The notes beneath the pieces are model-generated. The model ran no database searches, had not been told where the DNA came from, and saw only the letters and a list, made by a program, of their open reading frames with translations. This document shows positions 12,170 to 24,863 of a stretch of DNA of 64,000 nt, one piece after another. Origin of the DNA: Octopus vulgaris (taxonomy: Eukaryota); NCBI GenBank assembly GCA_951406725.2, contig OX597833.1:22568001-22632000 (forward strand). The letters are read 5' to 3'. Position numbers and translations under genes: made by a program. Position 1 is the stretch's first letter; each line of letters opens with the position of its first letter.

Positions 12170-12462
12170 TGTGTGTGTGTGTATGTACCTATGTATGGAA
12201 GTGTGCGCGCGCGTGAGAGTGTGTGTGTTTGTGTGTTTGTGTGTGTATATGTGTGTGTGTGTACGTACCTATGTATGGAAGTGTGTGCGCGCGTGAGAGT
12301 GTGTGTTTGTGTGTTTGTGTGTGTGTATGTGTGTGTGTGTATGTACCTATGTATGGAAGTGTGTGCGCGCGTGAGAGTGTGTGTGTTTGTGTGTTTGTGT
12401 GTGTGTATGTGTGTGTGTGTATGTGTATGTACCTATGTATGGAAGTGTGTGTGCGCGTGTGT
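12170..12462. repeat. Minisatellite, about 4 units of 77-85 bp (tacctatgtatggaagtgtgtgcgcgcgtgagag + GT-rich spacer)
   Basis: The unit anchor recurs at about 12186, 12266, 12343 and 12430. Confidence 0.9.
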
Positions 12463-12637
12463 ATAAGTCGACTTGGGCGGGATTTGAATTCAGAACACGT
12501 AAATAATAATAATAATATTGATAAATTGATATATGCTCACATGTGAAATGACACAACTTGCTATCGTACATATCGTTCGCTAAGTTACCACTCATATATA
12601 TATATATATATAAATATATATGTATGTATGTATGTAT

Positions 12638-12787
12638 GTGAGCGAGTGGGAGAGTGGAGTGCTTAAGCAAGTGAGTTAAGACCAGCATAAACAAGCCACA
12701 TTATATAAATATATATATATACAATGTGGCTTGTTTATGCTGGTCTTAACTCGCTTGCTCGTTCACTCCACTCTCCCACTCACTCAC
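12638..12787. repeat. Long imperfect inverted repeat (arms about 65 bp, AT centre)
   Basis: gagtgggagagtggagtg..gagttaagaccagcataaacaagccacatt versus aatgtggcttgtttatgctggtcttaactc..cactccactctcccactc. Confidence 0.9.
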
Positions 12788-13004
12788 TCACTCCTCTGCA
12801 CACTGCTCCCTTTCCCCACTCACTCACTCACTCCCTTTTCACTCACTCACTCACTCACTCGCTCACTTACCCATCTCGCTCTATTTCCTCGTGTTTATGT
12901 GTATCTTTGTAATTCTTCCCCTCTTTTGCACTTGTGTATCTTTCTACCCACCTTTCTTGTCTGCGTCAATATACGCCTGTGTTTCTCCCACTTCTGCCTC
13001 ACCG

Positions 13005-13041
<37 letters not shown>

Positions 13042-13455
13042 TTTGTTTGTTTGTTTGTGTGTGTATGCTGTATGTGTAAGCTGTGTGTGTGTTTGCAAAA
13101 CAACGTTACTCGAGTTTATCGTGACTTCAGGCAGATTTTTAGCACGCTGGACAAAATGATTAACGGCCTTTCGTACGTCTTTACGTTCTGGGTTCAAATT
13201 ACTCCAAGGTCCACTTCGCTTTTCCTTCTTTCGGGGCCTATGACATATATAACAGCTGAGGACTGGGTCAATGTAATAGACTCGTTCCCAACTTGAAAAA
13301 ACTTTGGGGTTTACGTTCTGAGTAAAAAAATAAAATTGTTATTCGTTTCTTTTTTCCTAGTTTTCTTTTTCTATTTAATTATTATTATTTTTTTTTGCTG
13401 CGTGTTTTTTTTATGGTTTGTTAATATTAATCTTTATTTGTTTTTATCTTATAAC

Positions 13456-14197
13456 GAGGGCCAGATTAAGACCCATAGAAGCCCTAAGCACTTAAAAGAT
13501 TTTGATGTCCCCATAAAAATGTAATACAAAATATAGACAATAACAAACCATAAAATAAATTTTTATATACTCTTTTACTTGTTTCAGTCATTTGACTGTG
13601 GCCATGCTGGAGCACCGCCTTTAGTCGAGCAAATCGACCCCAGTACTTATTCTTTATAAACCTAGTACTTATTCTATCGGTCTCTTTTGCCGAACCGCTA
13701 AGTTTCGGGGACGTAAACACACCAGCATTGGTTGTCAAGCGATGTTGGGGTAGACAAACACAGACACACACATACACATAAATGACGGGCTTCTTTCAGT
13801 TTCCGTCTACCAAATCCACTCAAAAGGCTTTGGTCGGCCTGAAGCTATAGTAGAAGACACTTGTCCAAGGTGCCACGCAGTGGGACTGAACCCGGAGTCA
13901 TGTGGTTCGTAAGCAAGCTACTTACCACACAGCCACTCCTACGCCTATGTGTGTATGTTTGTTCACTTCCACTTTATTTGTATTTTTTAATGTAAAATAT
14001 TTGATTATTTCCTTACTATGACACCGTGAACTCTTCGAAATTATATTTCCGATCACATAAATCACTTCGAATATTATTTTAGCAAGTTTCAAGTGATTTT
14101 TTTGTGTGCCGTAAACCATTTACCATTTCTGTGACCTCCCACCTCCATTGATGCCCTAAGCACGTGCTTATTTTGCTTAATGGTTATTCCAGTGCTG
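13456..14197. mobile_element. hAT-type MITE with nested SINE B
   Basis: Ends (g)agggccagattaa and ttattccagtgctg resemble degenerate CAGGGCCGGATTAA TIRs. gccctaagcac occurs near both ends, and the 8-bp flanks are cttataac / tttataat. Confidence 0.55.
13568..13946 (-). mobile_element. SINE family B, full length
   Basis: Head ggcgtaggagtggctgtgtggtaag (A box), B-box-like region, ccttggacaagtg body, internal TG tract and conserved tail. Confidence 0.92.
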
Positions 14198-14401
14198 TTT
14201 ATAATCTCCTATCCCTCTTGCCTTTATTGCTCTGTCGCGTCATGAGCAAAATGAAGTTGGCGAGTCGTTGGTTGTTGTTGTCGTTGTTGTTGTTGTTGTT
14301 ATTGTTCATTTTAATCCCCAGGTCAGCCCTGACAGAGCAGACTTATGATCAAATCTGTGACTACCCTATCATGTTTTTCAAGATATAGCGTAGTGCCTAA
14401 G

Positions 14402-14610
14402 TGGAGGCGCGTGGCTTAGTGGTTAGGGTGTTGGACTCACGATCGTAAGATTGTGGTTTCGATTTCTGGACCGGGCGATGCGTTGTGTTCTTGAGCAAAA
14501 CACTTCATTTCACGTTTCTTCAGTCTCCTCAGCTGGCAAAAATGAGTAATCCTGCGACGAGCCGTCTGGGATGGGTGGGGGAGTATTTCCACCACAAGAT
14601 CCAGGAACTT
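14402..14610 (+). mobile_element. tRNA-derived SINE, family D
   Basis: ggaggcgcgtggcttagtggttaggg (A box), ggtttcgatttc (B box) and CORE-like ttgtgttcttgagcaaaacacttcatttcacg. Confidence 0.85.
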
Positions 14611-15120
14611 CATCTGTTTTTTTTTTTAAACCCGTATTATCTAAATTTACATCATCTTGCTATCTTCTACTTACATTTCTCCCTCAAACTTTTGGGCGAT
14701 AGGGTAAAGAAGATTTAGCATTTATTTATAATACGTCGATTTGTCTGTTTTGAAGCTCTTCGTACTGTCCCGATTGTTGATTGTTTATTGGCTGCTTGTT
14801 GTTATTTTTGTTGTTGTTATTGTTGTTGTGGATGATGACTCATTTGATTTTGCTGTGGATGTTGCTTTTGTTGTTATTGCTGCTAAATTTACCCTGTTCT
14901 TGTTTTGATGAGTTAGTTGTTCTAGAAAAACCTGTCATGTGTTTATAACAAGACATCATATGCATGTTATTAGCGATATTTGAAAAACCAAAACAGTTAT
15001 ACTGTCTTCTCTATAAACTTTAAAATATATTCTTGCTCACGAAAAAAAAAAATAAATAAATAAAAGAAGATCTAACCCGAAATCCTTTAAAAGTTATCAT
15101 CATACTATTTTAACTATATG

Positions 15121-15237
15121 TGGAGACGCAATGGCCCAGTGGTTAGGGAAGCGGACTTGCGGTCGGAGGATCACGGTTTCGATTCCCAGACCGGGCGTTG
15201 TGTGTGTTTATTGAGCGAAAACACCTAAAGCTCCACG
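15121..15237 (+). mobile_element. tRNA-derived SINE, family C head
   Basis: ggagacgcaatggcccagtggttaggg...ggtttcgattccc...gagcgaaaacacctaaagctccacg, the same head as at 40691 and 17600-17735. Confidence 0.85.
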
Positions 15238-15259
15238 CTTTATTTGTTTATTGTAATCA

Positions 15260-15470
15260 AATGTCTGCGCTGTACATTAGTTCGCTCCTTCCATCAAACC
15301 GACAATCCCTGAACAGGTGCACGGTGTATCACACGTCAGATGTCGAAGTGATCGCAGATCAACGCGAGATGAATTGTTTTGCTGAAGAACACAGCACACC
15401 ACCCAGTGGAATTGAAACCACGATCTACGGATCGTGAGAGCAGCACTCTAACCACTAAGCCACGCGCCCT
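15260..15470 (-). mobile_element. SINE family D-like copy
   Basis: The reverse complement begins gggcgcgtggcttagtggttagagtg...ggtttcaattcc. Confidence 0.7.
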
Positions 15471-15539
15471 CGACGGTTCATAAGATAAAGTAGAGTCAAG
15501 TATTGGTGCTAATTAAATCTGCACCAATATTTTATCGTA

Positions 15540-15725
15540 TTGGTAGAATTGCAGGAGTTTGGGACAAAATACCTTGTAGAATTTACCCATTACTTTTTGA
15601 GTTCAAATTCCGCCAAAGTGAACTTTATTTTTCATCATTCAGGTGTCGATAAATCATAGTAACAGCCAAGTACTGGGGGCGAATTAATCGACAGACACTT
15701 CCTGCCAAAATTCCTGGCTTTGGAT
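15540..15725 (+). mobile_element. SINE family A, diverged
   Basis: gagttcaaattccgcc...tttcatcattcaggtgtcgataaa...tactggggg. Confidence 0.75.
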
Positions 15726-15759
15726 TATTATGTTAATTATTATTACTATACATTAACCA

Positions 15760-16735
15760 AGACAAGTCGGTGGTTTTCCAACTTGACAACAGGTACTTGG
15801 GATTAGATTGGGACCAAACTTCAGATAGATATCGGAACCACTCAAAATCATGCGTTCGGTCCGTCAAGGTCGTTCCCCGACATCTCTTCTCTATGTACTG
15901 ATTATTAAGCCCCTACTATAGAAACTAGAAAACTTGAGGGGCACCTAGCGCAAACTAGGATACAGAAGAGCTGTGTCGGCATACGCTAACGACGTCATTG
16001 TTATAATGTGGAACATCAAGCACATCGTGGTAATCAGCACTGTTCTAAGGATCTCCGAGGCGGTGACAGGAACAAAATTCACCCCCATCCACCAAAAAGT
16101 CAATAGGCCTGCAGCTCGGCACCAGAGAAAAAGGTCCCAGCAGTGCCGTAGGACTCTGGACGAATGAACTGTTAAATTGCTGGTTTTGTTCAGATTTTCA
16201 GGCGGAGAAGAACTGAACTTTATTTTTCATCATTCAGGTGTCAATAAATCATAGTAACAGCCAAGTACTGGGGGACGAGAGAAAGCTATCCCTGACATGT
16301 CAGGCAAAGATAGTGAACGCTTACATCATCTCCTTAGATTACCGTCTGGTTATCGTGCCATGGGTCTAGTTCACGATTGACCAGGTTGAAACGTCAGCTC
16401 TTCCGTCTTTCCTTTTTGTGAAAGAGGTGCGCTCCACTAGTCAGACTGTCAACATCTGCTGAGTGGAGGACTGGGCGTGTCGTGGTTGATGATGCACATA
16501 CATGCGCTGAGGTTGCGACATCTCCAGAAATTTCTTAACGGTGAGCAGATGTAGTCTTCGTTTGTCAGACGGATATTTTCACAACCCATTTTTCTGAGTC
16601 CTGCCTGGGTCAAAAAGATCGGGCGCTTGGTATCTAGAATGTCGTTATGAGCTCATAACCCTATATCAGCCGGTCAGTGTGGTCAATGAAAGTCTCACCA
16701 TCACGTTCTATGGAGGGTTAGAAGGAAGGTGAATG
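15760..16735 (+). pseudogene. Degenerate L1/Tx1-type LINE RT fragment
   Basis: RSVRQGRSPTSLLYVLIIKPLL*KLENLRG, VSAYANDV (YADD box), RKLSLTCQAKIVNAYI and GGLGVSWL occur in collinear order, with stops and frameshifts. Confidence 0.8.
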
Positions 16736-16828
16736 CACGGAGTTTAAACACACGTAAAGAAAAAGAAAGAAAACTAAAAAAAAAAAAATTGCAGCAAAAA
16801 ATAAACATCAATTTTGAAAGAAAACATA

Positions 16829-17238
<410 letters not shown>

Positions 17239-17412
17239 TACTCCTAGAGATAGACGAAAAGAGCAATTTCAACGACACGCTATGCATCAACAATAACACT
17301 CACAATCACATATTTTGTCAACTAGAAAAAGTAGAACACAACAAGCAACAAGCAAAAATAATTATGAAAACAAAAACAACCCGAATACTATTTTAATTGC
17401 AATGCAAAAGAT

Positions 17413-17737
17413 TGGATGGAAGCACTCCGTCGGTTACGACGACGAGGGTTCCGGTTGATCCGATCAACGGAACAGCCTGCTCGTGAAATTAACGTGTAAG
17501 TGGCTGAGCACTCCACAGACATGTGTACCCTTAACGTAGTTCTCGGGGATATTCAGCGTGACACAGAGAGTGACAAGGCCGGCCCCTTGAAATACAGATA
17601 CAACAGAAACAGGAAGTAAGAGTGAGAGAAAGTTGTGGTGAAAGAGTACATCAGAGATCACCACCATCCCCTGCCGGAGCCTCGTGGAGCTCTAGGTGTT
17701 TTCGCTCAATAAACACTCACAACGCCCGGTCTGGGAT
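17413..17737 (-). mobile_element. SINE family C body with LINE-like tail and target-site duplication
   Basis: Flanking direct repeat tgcaaaagatt at about 17403 and 17739. The tail is shared with the family D copy at 5058-5230. Confidence 0.8.
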
Positions 17738-18316
17738 GTGCAAAAGATTAATAGTGGCTACAAACAAAAAGCAAACACTATATATTAACATCCAGTTTGA
17801 ATATATCGAATGGAAAGGTTATCAACAGCAGCATAATTAGGAATTAAGAAACGCCATCCTTGGCAAACGTTGTTTTTAACAAGCACTCTCAATGTAGAGC
17901 ATTTTGTTGAAAGAATGAGAGCCTAGCATATAATGCTTACAAGGCAGCTGCTAGCCTACCATAATCAAACACAGGCGCATAAGTGGAGGAGGATTTTCTA
18001 GGCTCCTCCAAAACCGAAATGAGTTTCTCAACCTTTCGCGAAACTAACAAAATTCTTTTAAGGCATTTATACGATATACACAATAAATTCCATTTTTTTC
18101 ACGGACCGTGAAGTAAATGGAATAACATTTTAAAAGCATAAAAGGGACTGGATATTTATACACATTAGGAAGTAATTATGTGTCAACGTTGCGGAGAACA
18201 TGGTTCTACAAGAGTTCTTAAGGAGATTTTTTAATTTCCCGGCTTGATACATCACAAGAAGGAAGCAAAATGGAGGCTTAAATTGGAACGTGGAGTACCA
18301 TGATCAACACAAGTGG

Positions 18317-18615
18317 ATGTTAGGAGTGGCTGTGTGGTAAGTAGCTTGCTTGGTGGGTAAGTAGCTTGCTTACCAACCACATGGTTCTGGGTTCAGTTCC
18401 ACTGCGTGGGACCTTGGGCAAGTGTCTTCTACTATAGCCTCGGGCCGACTAAAGCCTTGTGAGTGGATTTGATAGACGGAAACTGAAAGAAGCCCGTCGT
18501 GTGGTTCGGCTAGATAGAATAAGTACTAGGCTTGTAAAAAATATGTCCTGGGGTCGATTTGCTCGACTAAAAGGCGGTGCTCCAGCATGGCCGCAGTCAA
18601 ATGACTGAAACAAAT
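18317..18615 (+). mobile_element. SINE family B with internal deletion
   Basis: Head, body and tail are present. The central microsatellite segment is missing. Confidence 0.88.
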
Positions 18616-18754
18616 GAAACAATAAATATCTTCTTGAATTATTGCTTTAAACTTCTTCATTTATTCCGTGTAAAATTTTGAATTGTAAAACATTTTAATT
18701 CGTATCATTGCACTCGTATGTTGTAAACTTCTTAACTGTTTGTTATCTTTTAAC

Positions 18755-18920
18755 TTTTTACTTGTTCCAGTTATTGGATTACAGCCATACATGGGTACCG
18801 CCTTAAAGGGTTTTAGTCAAACAAACCGACCTTAGAACTGGTACTTGTCCTGTCGGTTTTTTAGCCGAACTGCTAATTTGCAGGGGCATAAACATAACAC
18901 CAGTCATCAAGCGGTTGGGG

Positions 18921-19008
<88 letters not shown>

Positions 19009-19049
19009 ACACACACGCACGCACGCACACATTCACACACACACTCACT

Positions 19050-19083
<34 letters not shown>

Positions 19084-19085
19084 CA

Positions 19086-19149
<64 letters not shown>

Positions 19150-19300
19150 TTTCGCCTACCAAATTTACTCACAAGGCATTTGTCGGTTAGGGTCTATAGT
19201 AGAAGACACTTTCCCAAGGTGCCACGCAGTTAGAGTGAACTTGAAACCACATGGGTGCAAAGCGAACTTCTTAATCCCCTCAATCACGACTGCGCCCATA
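18755..19300 (-). mobile_element. SINE family B, diverged, with long internal (CA)n
   Basis: Reverse-complement matches to the tail (18755-18920) and head (19148-19300). Confidence 0.75.
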
Positions 19301-19831
19301 TAAGTATAGTCTTTCATCCCTCTTACTCATCTTTTGTATAAGTTACCCTTCCCACACAACACGTTTTTGTGAAACGATTCTCTATAATTTCTTTCTCTCT
19401 TCGCGGCATCGTAGCATCTCCCCCTCGCTAGCCGTTCCTTGTCGAAAACATTTTAAAGTTTTTGATTTTCCATTATATCTAGAGTTACTTTTACTGTTGT
19501 CTTTTCTCACAAATAATTTCTTTTGCTAATGTTCCTGGATGAGTGTGTGTGTGTGTGTGTTTGGTGGGGAAGTGTGTCATACAGTAAAGAATTCATGCGT
19601 AGACAAGATATATACATCTGTGTTTGCGCGTGAGTGTCTCACTCTGTCTCATGTGACAGTCCCTGTTTGTGCATCTGTGTTTGGGGATGGCGTAATGTGA
19701 AAGTTGCGGTTACTTATTATTTCTGCAGATATTATGTAAATGTGTGTATGCGTGTACATACATAAGGGCTTTGTGGTTAAGAAATTCGCTTTGCAGCTAA
19801 GAGGTTTTGAGTTCAGTATTTCCTCCTAAGT

Positions 19832-20134
19832 TCTATATACTCTGAGAACGCATTAAAGCCCTTTTCGGGTCTACTTTATTTGAATTCTTACTATCGGGTA
19901 ACTAATTTCATGTTATTACATAACTTCCCAATTTGGGTATTCATAACTTATTGGGAAATCCTAAAAACAAGATCCTGTGTAAGACAGTACAGTTTGGTAT
20001 TCTCTATAAATGCACAAAAACCGTTTAAGGGCTACATACTTTGTATTGTTGTTATTGGATTAACGAAACAATTGTGAGAAGGGAACCAAGGGATAAGCCC
20101 CGCTTTCCCGGGAATTACTGGGTACGTCAGCTAG
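19832..20134 (+). mobile_element. Non-autonomous Helitron
   Basis: 3' hairpin cccgg-gaatta-ctggg followed 8 nt later by CTAG|T. The putative 5' end TCTATATA at 19832 is less certain. Confidence 0.55.
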
Positions 20135-20152
20135 TATATATATATATATATG

Positions 20153-20188
<36 letters not shown>

Positions 20189-20477
20189 TGTATGTATGTA
20201 TGTATGTATGTATGTATGTATGAGTTTTCGTTGGTAGTTCATTGATAAGACCAATTCTTCCTGGTCTGCATGAGTGGGTTCTCAAACCGTGACGTTGTGG
20301 TGGCATACAATGTATATCACAGTTGGAGGAATTACCAGTGTTGTGTATGTCAGGTGTCCTGTACTCATATATGCATGTATATATACATATAGATGTAGGT
20401 TTGTACATATATGTATGTATGTATGCATATGTTTTATTTATTAAATTGTTATTATATGATCGAACGCACGCATCATT

Positions 20478-20522
<45 letters not shown>

Positions 20523-20616
20523 TTCTTCTTCTTCTTCTTCTTCTTCTTCTTCTTCTTCTTCTTCTTCTTCTTCTTCTTCTTCTCCTCCTCCTCCTCCCCC
20601 TTCTTCTCCAAGGAAG

Positions 20617-20659
<43 letters not shown>

Positions 20660-20661
<2 letters not shown>

Positions 20662-20996
20662 CTGAGACCCCTTCGGTCATGACTGACCATGGGATTGCAG
20701 TTAGAAAGTTTCCCTCCCAGGCACAAGTCCGGGCAAGGTTGTTTATGGAAGACCAGCAGTCGCCAATGCATACAGCCTCCCCTCTTCACGCCACCGGTGT
20801 TATTCATGGGAAAGGCAAAGGCCGATACAGCTTGGCCCCAGTGACGTCGCAACTCATTTCTGCAGCTGACTTAACTGGAGTAACGTGAAATAAAGTGTCT
20901 TGATCAAGGACACAACACACAGCCCGGTCCGGGATTCGAACTCACAACCACGCGATCGTAAGCTTGACGCTCTAACCACTGAGCCATGAAGGCGCA
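20660..20996 (-). mobile_element. SINE family D with a different 3' tail
   Basis: On the minus strand: tggctcagtggttagagcg (A box), gagttcgaatccc (B box), CORE-like body, then about 200 nt of tail unlike that at 5058. Confidence 0.8.
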
Positions 20997-21074
20997 TGTA
21001 TATTTATATGTATAAATGTATGTATGTATGTATGTATGTATGTATTTATGTATGTATGTATGTATGTATGTATG

Positions 21075-21105
<31 letters not shown>

Positions 21106-21725
21106 TTGACTCCGTACAAATGTTGGAAAGCTGGCTTTCACACAATAAGAAAAAAAACAAGCCAAATTAGAATATTTTTAGCATCGGATATTTACAACGC
21201 CTTTAATGGTGCTGTAAAACATTCATTAAGTTTAGTCTGTAATAAGTGCATGTATACGTATAGAGATATGCAGAGAAATGGAAATCGAAGTGGCGTGATA
21301 CTCGCGAGATAAACATTCAGTTTCAATAAACTATATAATCTACATTATATATATATATAAGTGAGAGAGCGAGAGAAAGAGTGAGAGTGAGAGAGAGAGA
21401 GAGACAGATGGAGAAAGAGAAAGACAGAGAGAGAGGGAGAGTGGAGAGAAAGAGGGAGAGAAAGATGGAGATTCAGTAACACACACACATACACATTATT
21501 TATATCTGTCCCTCCATTCATATCCACCTACATGCGTACATACGTTACGTACGTATTTATGAATGAATGTACGTATGTATGTAGGTATGTATGTAGGTAT
21601 GTATGCATGTATGTATGTATGTATGTATGTATGTATGTATGTATGTATGTATGCATCTATCTATCTATCTCTCTATGAATTAATGTATATACAATATAGA
21701 CAACTTCTGTTCTTCTATCTGTCTG

Positions 21726-21789
<64 letters not shown>

Positions 21790-21852
21790 AGGAAAATAAG
21801 ACACGGTAGAAAATGCTAAAATAATTTAATCACGAAATACATTTTGTAATGG

Positions 21853-21890
21853 TTAGTACCGGTTTCTCTCTTTCCGACTTTTTCAACTAA
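21853..21890 (-). ncRNA. Minimal hammerhead-like motif, U3-A8 variant, weak stem II
   Basis: ttag-TTGAAAA-agtcggaaagaga-GAAA-ccgg-TA-ctaa. An inverted copy lies at 23332-23369. Confidence 0.5.
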
Positions 21891-22149
21891 GAGTAAAACA
21901 ACGATGGATATTAAGATGATAAACAATTAAATTGAAGAAAAAAATTAAATGAAATATTTTGTAAATATTTCCATAGTCTTCAAATAGGTTTTTCTGTGTG
22001 TGTTTCTCTTTTTTCTTTTGTGAAGTTTAGTAAGGTAGGTAGGTAGGTAGGTAGTAGCAGATCTGAAAAAAGTGTGTTTATGGGAGTAAAGATATATTTG
22101 GTTCTGAAGGTTTAAGCAGCAGCAACCGAAGAAAGAGAAGGCGAAGAAG

Positions 22150-22361
22150 AGGGAGGGGGAGAAGAAGTAGAAGAAGAAGAAGAAGAAGAAGAAGAAGAAG
22201 AAGAAGAAGAAGAAGAAGAAGAAGAAGAAGAAGAAGAAGAAGAAGAAGAAGAAGAAGAAGAAGAAGAAGAAGAAAAAGAAGAAGAAGAAGAAGAAGAAGA
22301 AGAAGAAGAAGAAGAAGAAGAAGAAGAAGAAGAAGAAGAAGAAGAAGAAGAAGAAGAAGAA
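22150..22361. repeat. (GAA)n polypurine tract
   Basis: About 210 bp, nearly perfect. Confidence 0.98.
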
Positions 22362-22419
22362 AGAGACGGAAGTGGTGTCACCTAGTAGTAAAGGACGTTT
22401 TTGGAATCTGCTTTAACGG

Positions 22420-22770
22420 TCAAGTGGCTGTTATTCTTCAAGATGAATTTTAGCTCTTCTATTACGAATACTTTTTCGATGTGCTTTGGGAGTTCATTGG
22501 AGTAATTCTCAAGCCAGAATTGGATTGCCTCTATTCCTAGGTTACGGGGGATATTAGAGTACAGGTTGACTACATCGAAGGATACTAGTAGGTTTTTTTA
22601 CTAATTGTTTCAGGGAGGGACTAAGCGTCCTTATGTAGGTTTTGATATGCTTGAGGAATGGTTTTAAGAGGGTATCTAAAAAGTTGCTGGGGCAGTGAGT
22701 TTCGCATGCGGGGCCTGCTGTTATAATTCTTAATTTGAGGTCATTAGGTGGGGGTACCTTGACTACGAAA
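22420..22770 (-). pseudogene. Penelope-like reverse transcriptase fragment
   Basis: LRIITAGPACETHCPSNFLDTLLKPFLKHIKTYI / LLVSFDVVNLYSNIPRNLGIEAIQFWLENYSNELPKHIEKVFVIEELKFILKNN. These are the PLE RT motifs around the first catalytic Asp (SFDVxxLYxNIP). Confidence 0.85.
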
Positions 22771-23389
22771 AGCAAAAAAGTTTTTTAAAAAATCCAACAC
22801 AATGTGTAATATGCAACACAGGCAGTGAACAAAAATAAAATAGAACATAGTGGTAAAAATAATCGCAGGCAGGAAGTAAAAACATTCACACGGAAGCCAA
22901 AAAACACAGCCAAGCTAAAGACATACCGAATGATCCACACATGGTTGAAAAATACATTTAGTAGAGATAACCTGGAAGTTGTTTTTATTCGATTACTATA
23001 GCAAACAGAAGTAAGTTTCTTCAGCCGAATAAAAGTCGTTAATTGGTTAAAATTATACAAATACGACAACTTTAACACGAAATAACTTCTAAAATACGAG
23101 ATTTTGTCAAAAATGTTGGAAGTAAACCGTGTTCAGCGTGAGAAATTACATCAGTTTACGAAGTCTGAAACTGTTTAGTTAAAAAAATAATTGTAAAATC
23201 TGTGAGTCAAACTGAAGAGATTCGTCCCAACTATTTGAAGACTATGGAAATATTTACAAAATATTTAATTTAATTTTTTTCTTCAATTTAATTGTTTTTC
23301 TTCTTAATTAATATCTACCCTTGTTTTACTCTTAATTGAAAAAGTCGAAAACAAAGAAACCGGTACTAATTATTACAAAATGTATTTCA

Positions 23390-23442
<53 letters not shown>

Positions 23443-23443
<1 letters not shown>

Positions 23444-24267
23444 GGGTTAGACAAAATAATGGAAGCACCTGGCATCATACCATCATAATTTTGAAATATC
23501 TATAAAACCGCGAATTATTAGAAAGTATCACAAAAGTACAGCTCCCAAAATTACTGCAGAGCTTAATGATCTCCTCGAGAGCCCAGTTTCTACAAAACCG
23601 GATTTCACGGAAGGGCTGCAATCAAAAAACCACTATTTTCAAAAACAAACGTTGCAAAGCGTTTAGAGTGGAGTAAAACCCTACAGAATTGGTCCCTAGG
23701 GCAGTGGAAGAATGTTATTTTCTCGGATGAGTTATCCATTACCTTATTTCCCACTACCAGCCGAGTATACGTGTGGAGACAGCCAAAAGAAGCATTTAAC
23801 CCAGACTGCTTTCTACCAACTGTTAAACACGGAGGAGGATCTGTGATGATCTAGGGGTGGGGTATATCTTGGAAACCCGCAGGCCCAATGGTTTCCCTTC
23901 ATGGCAGAATTAATAGTCAAGACTATTTAAGCATTTTATCTGATCAAATTCATCCTATTGTTGCGGAATTGTTTCCGGAGGGAAACGCAATCTTTCAGGA
24001 CGATAATGCATCAATTCACACAGCTAAAGCTGTTACTGAATGGCACGAGGAACAGTCTAATGAAGTTGAACATCTTATCTGGCCACCACAGTCCCCAGAT
24101 CTCAATATTATTGAACATTTATTGTGCATTTTAGAAAAAAAAAAACCCAGTAAGGAGTCGATATCTTCCATCATCATCACTACAAGAATTGGAGACTGTT
24201 GAACGGACAAAAATTCCTTTGGAAACAATTCAAACTTTGTACGAGTCCATACTTAATAGAATTCAAG

Positions 24268-24270
<3 letters not shown>
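23443..24270 (+). mobile_element. Tc1-family DNA transposon remnant (DD34E-type transposase pseudogene)
   Basis: Left end TA|cgggttagacaaaataatggaagcacc. Motifs WKNVIFSDE, PTVKHGGGSVMI*G, FQDDNASIHTAK and WPPQSPDLNIIEHL are present. The right TIR is replaced by (TA)n. Confidence 0.92.
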
Positions 24271-24329
<59 letters not shown>

Positions 24330-24510
24330 GAGAGATTTAGAAATTCAATATTTCTTATATATATATATATATATATAAGTTTAACAATTAAGGATAATCT
24401 CTTAATAAGGGATCTTAACAAGAAATTATCGGGTAGCTAGCGTGAAAACCTCATAAAAGAAAAGAATCCGAAAATAATTTTTTTCTTTTGAACAAATTAA
24501 TTATATCTAT

Positions 24511-24574
<64 letters not shown>

Positions 24575-24784
24575 CATATATATATATATACACATACATA
24601 CACCTACATACGTACACATACATACATACATACATACATACATACATACATACATACATACATACATACATACATACATGCATATACACACACACATATA
24701 TATATATAATATATAGGTATATGTATATGTATATATATATATGTATCTCTCTCTCTCTCTCTCTCAATATAAATATATATATAT

Positions 24785-24863
<79 letters not shown>

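Larger units (their letters stand above)
21786..23392 (-). mobile_element. Penelope-like element remnant: inverted terminal repeats of about 160 bp enclosing an RT fragment and (GAA)n
   Basis: 21830-21987 is the reverse complement of 23231-23392. A unique tail occupies 21786-21829, both ends lie in (TA)n, and the internal RT is on the minus strand. Confidence 0.85.

Noticed and set aside
14402-14480. tRNA-like sequences (also at 15121, 20920 and 40691)
   Set aside because: They have A/B boxes but no complete cloverleaf and continue into SINE bodies.
17750-18310. Possible LINE-derived coding remnant (…RRKQNGGL…)
   Set aside because: Only one weak motif was seen, too degenerate to assign by eye.
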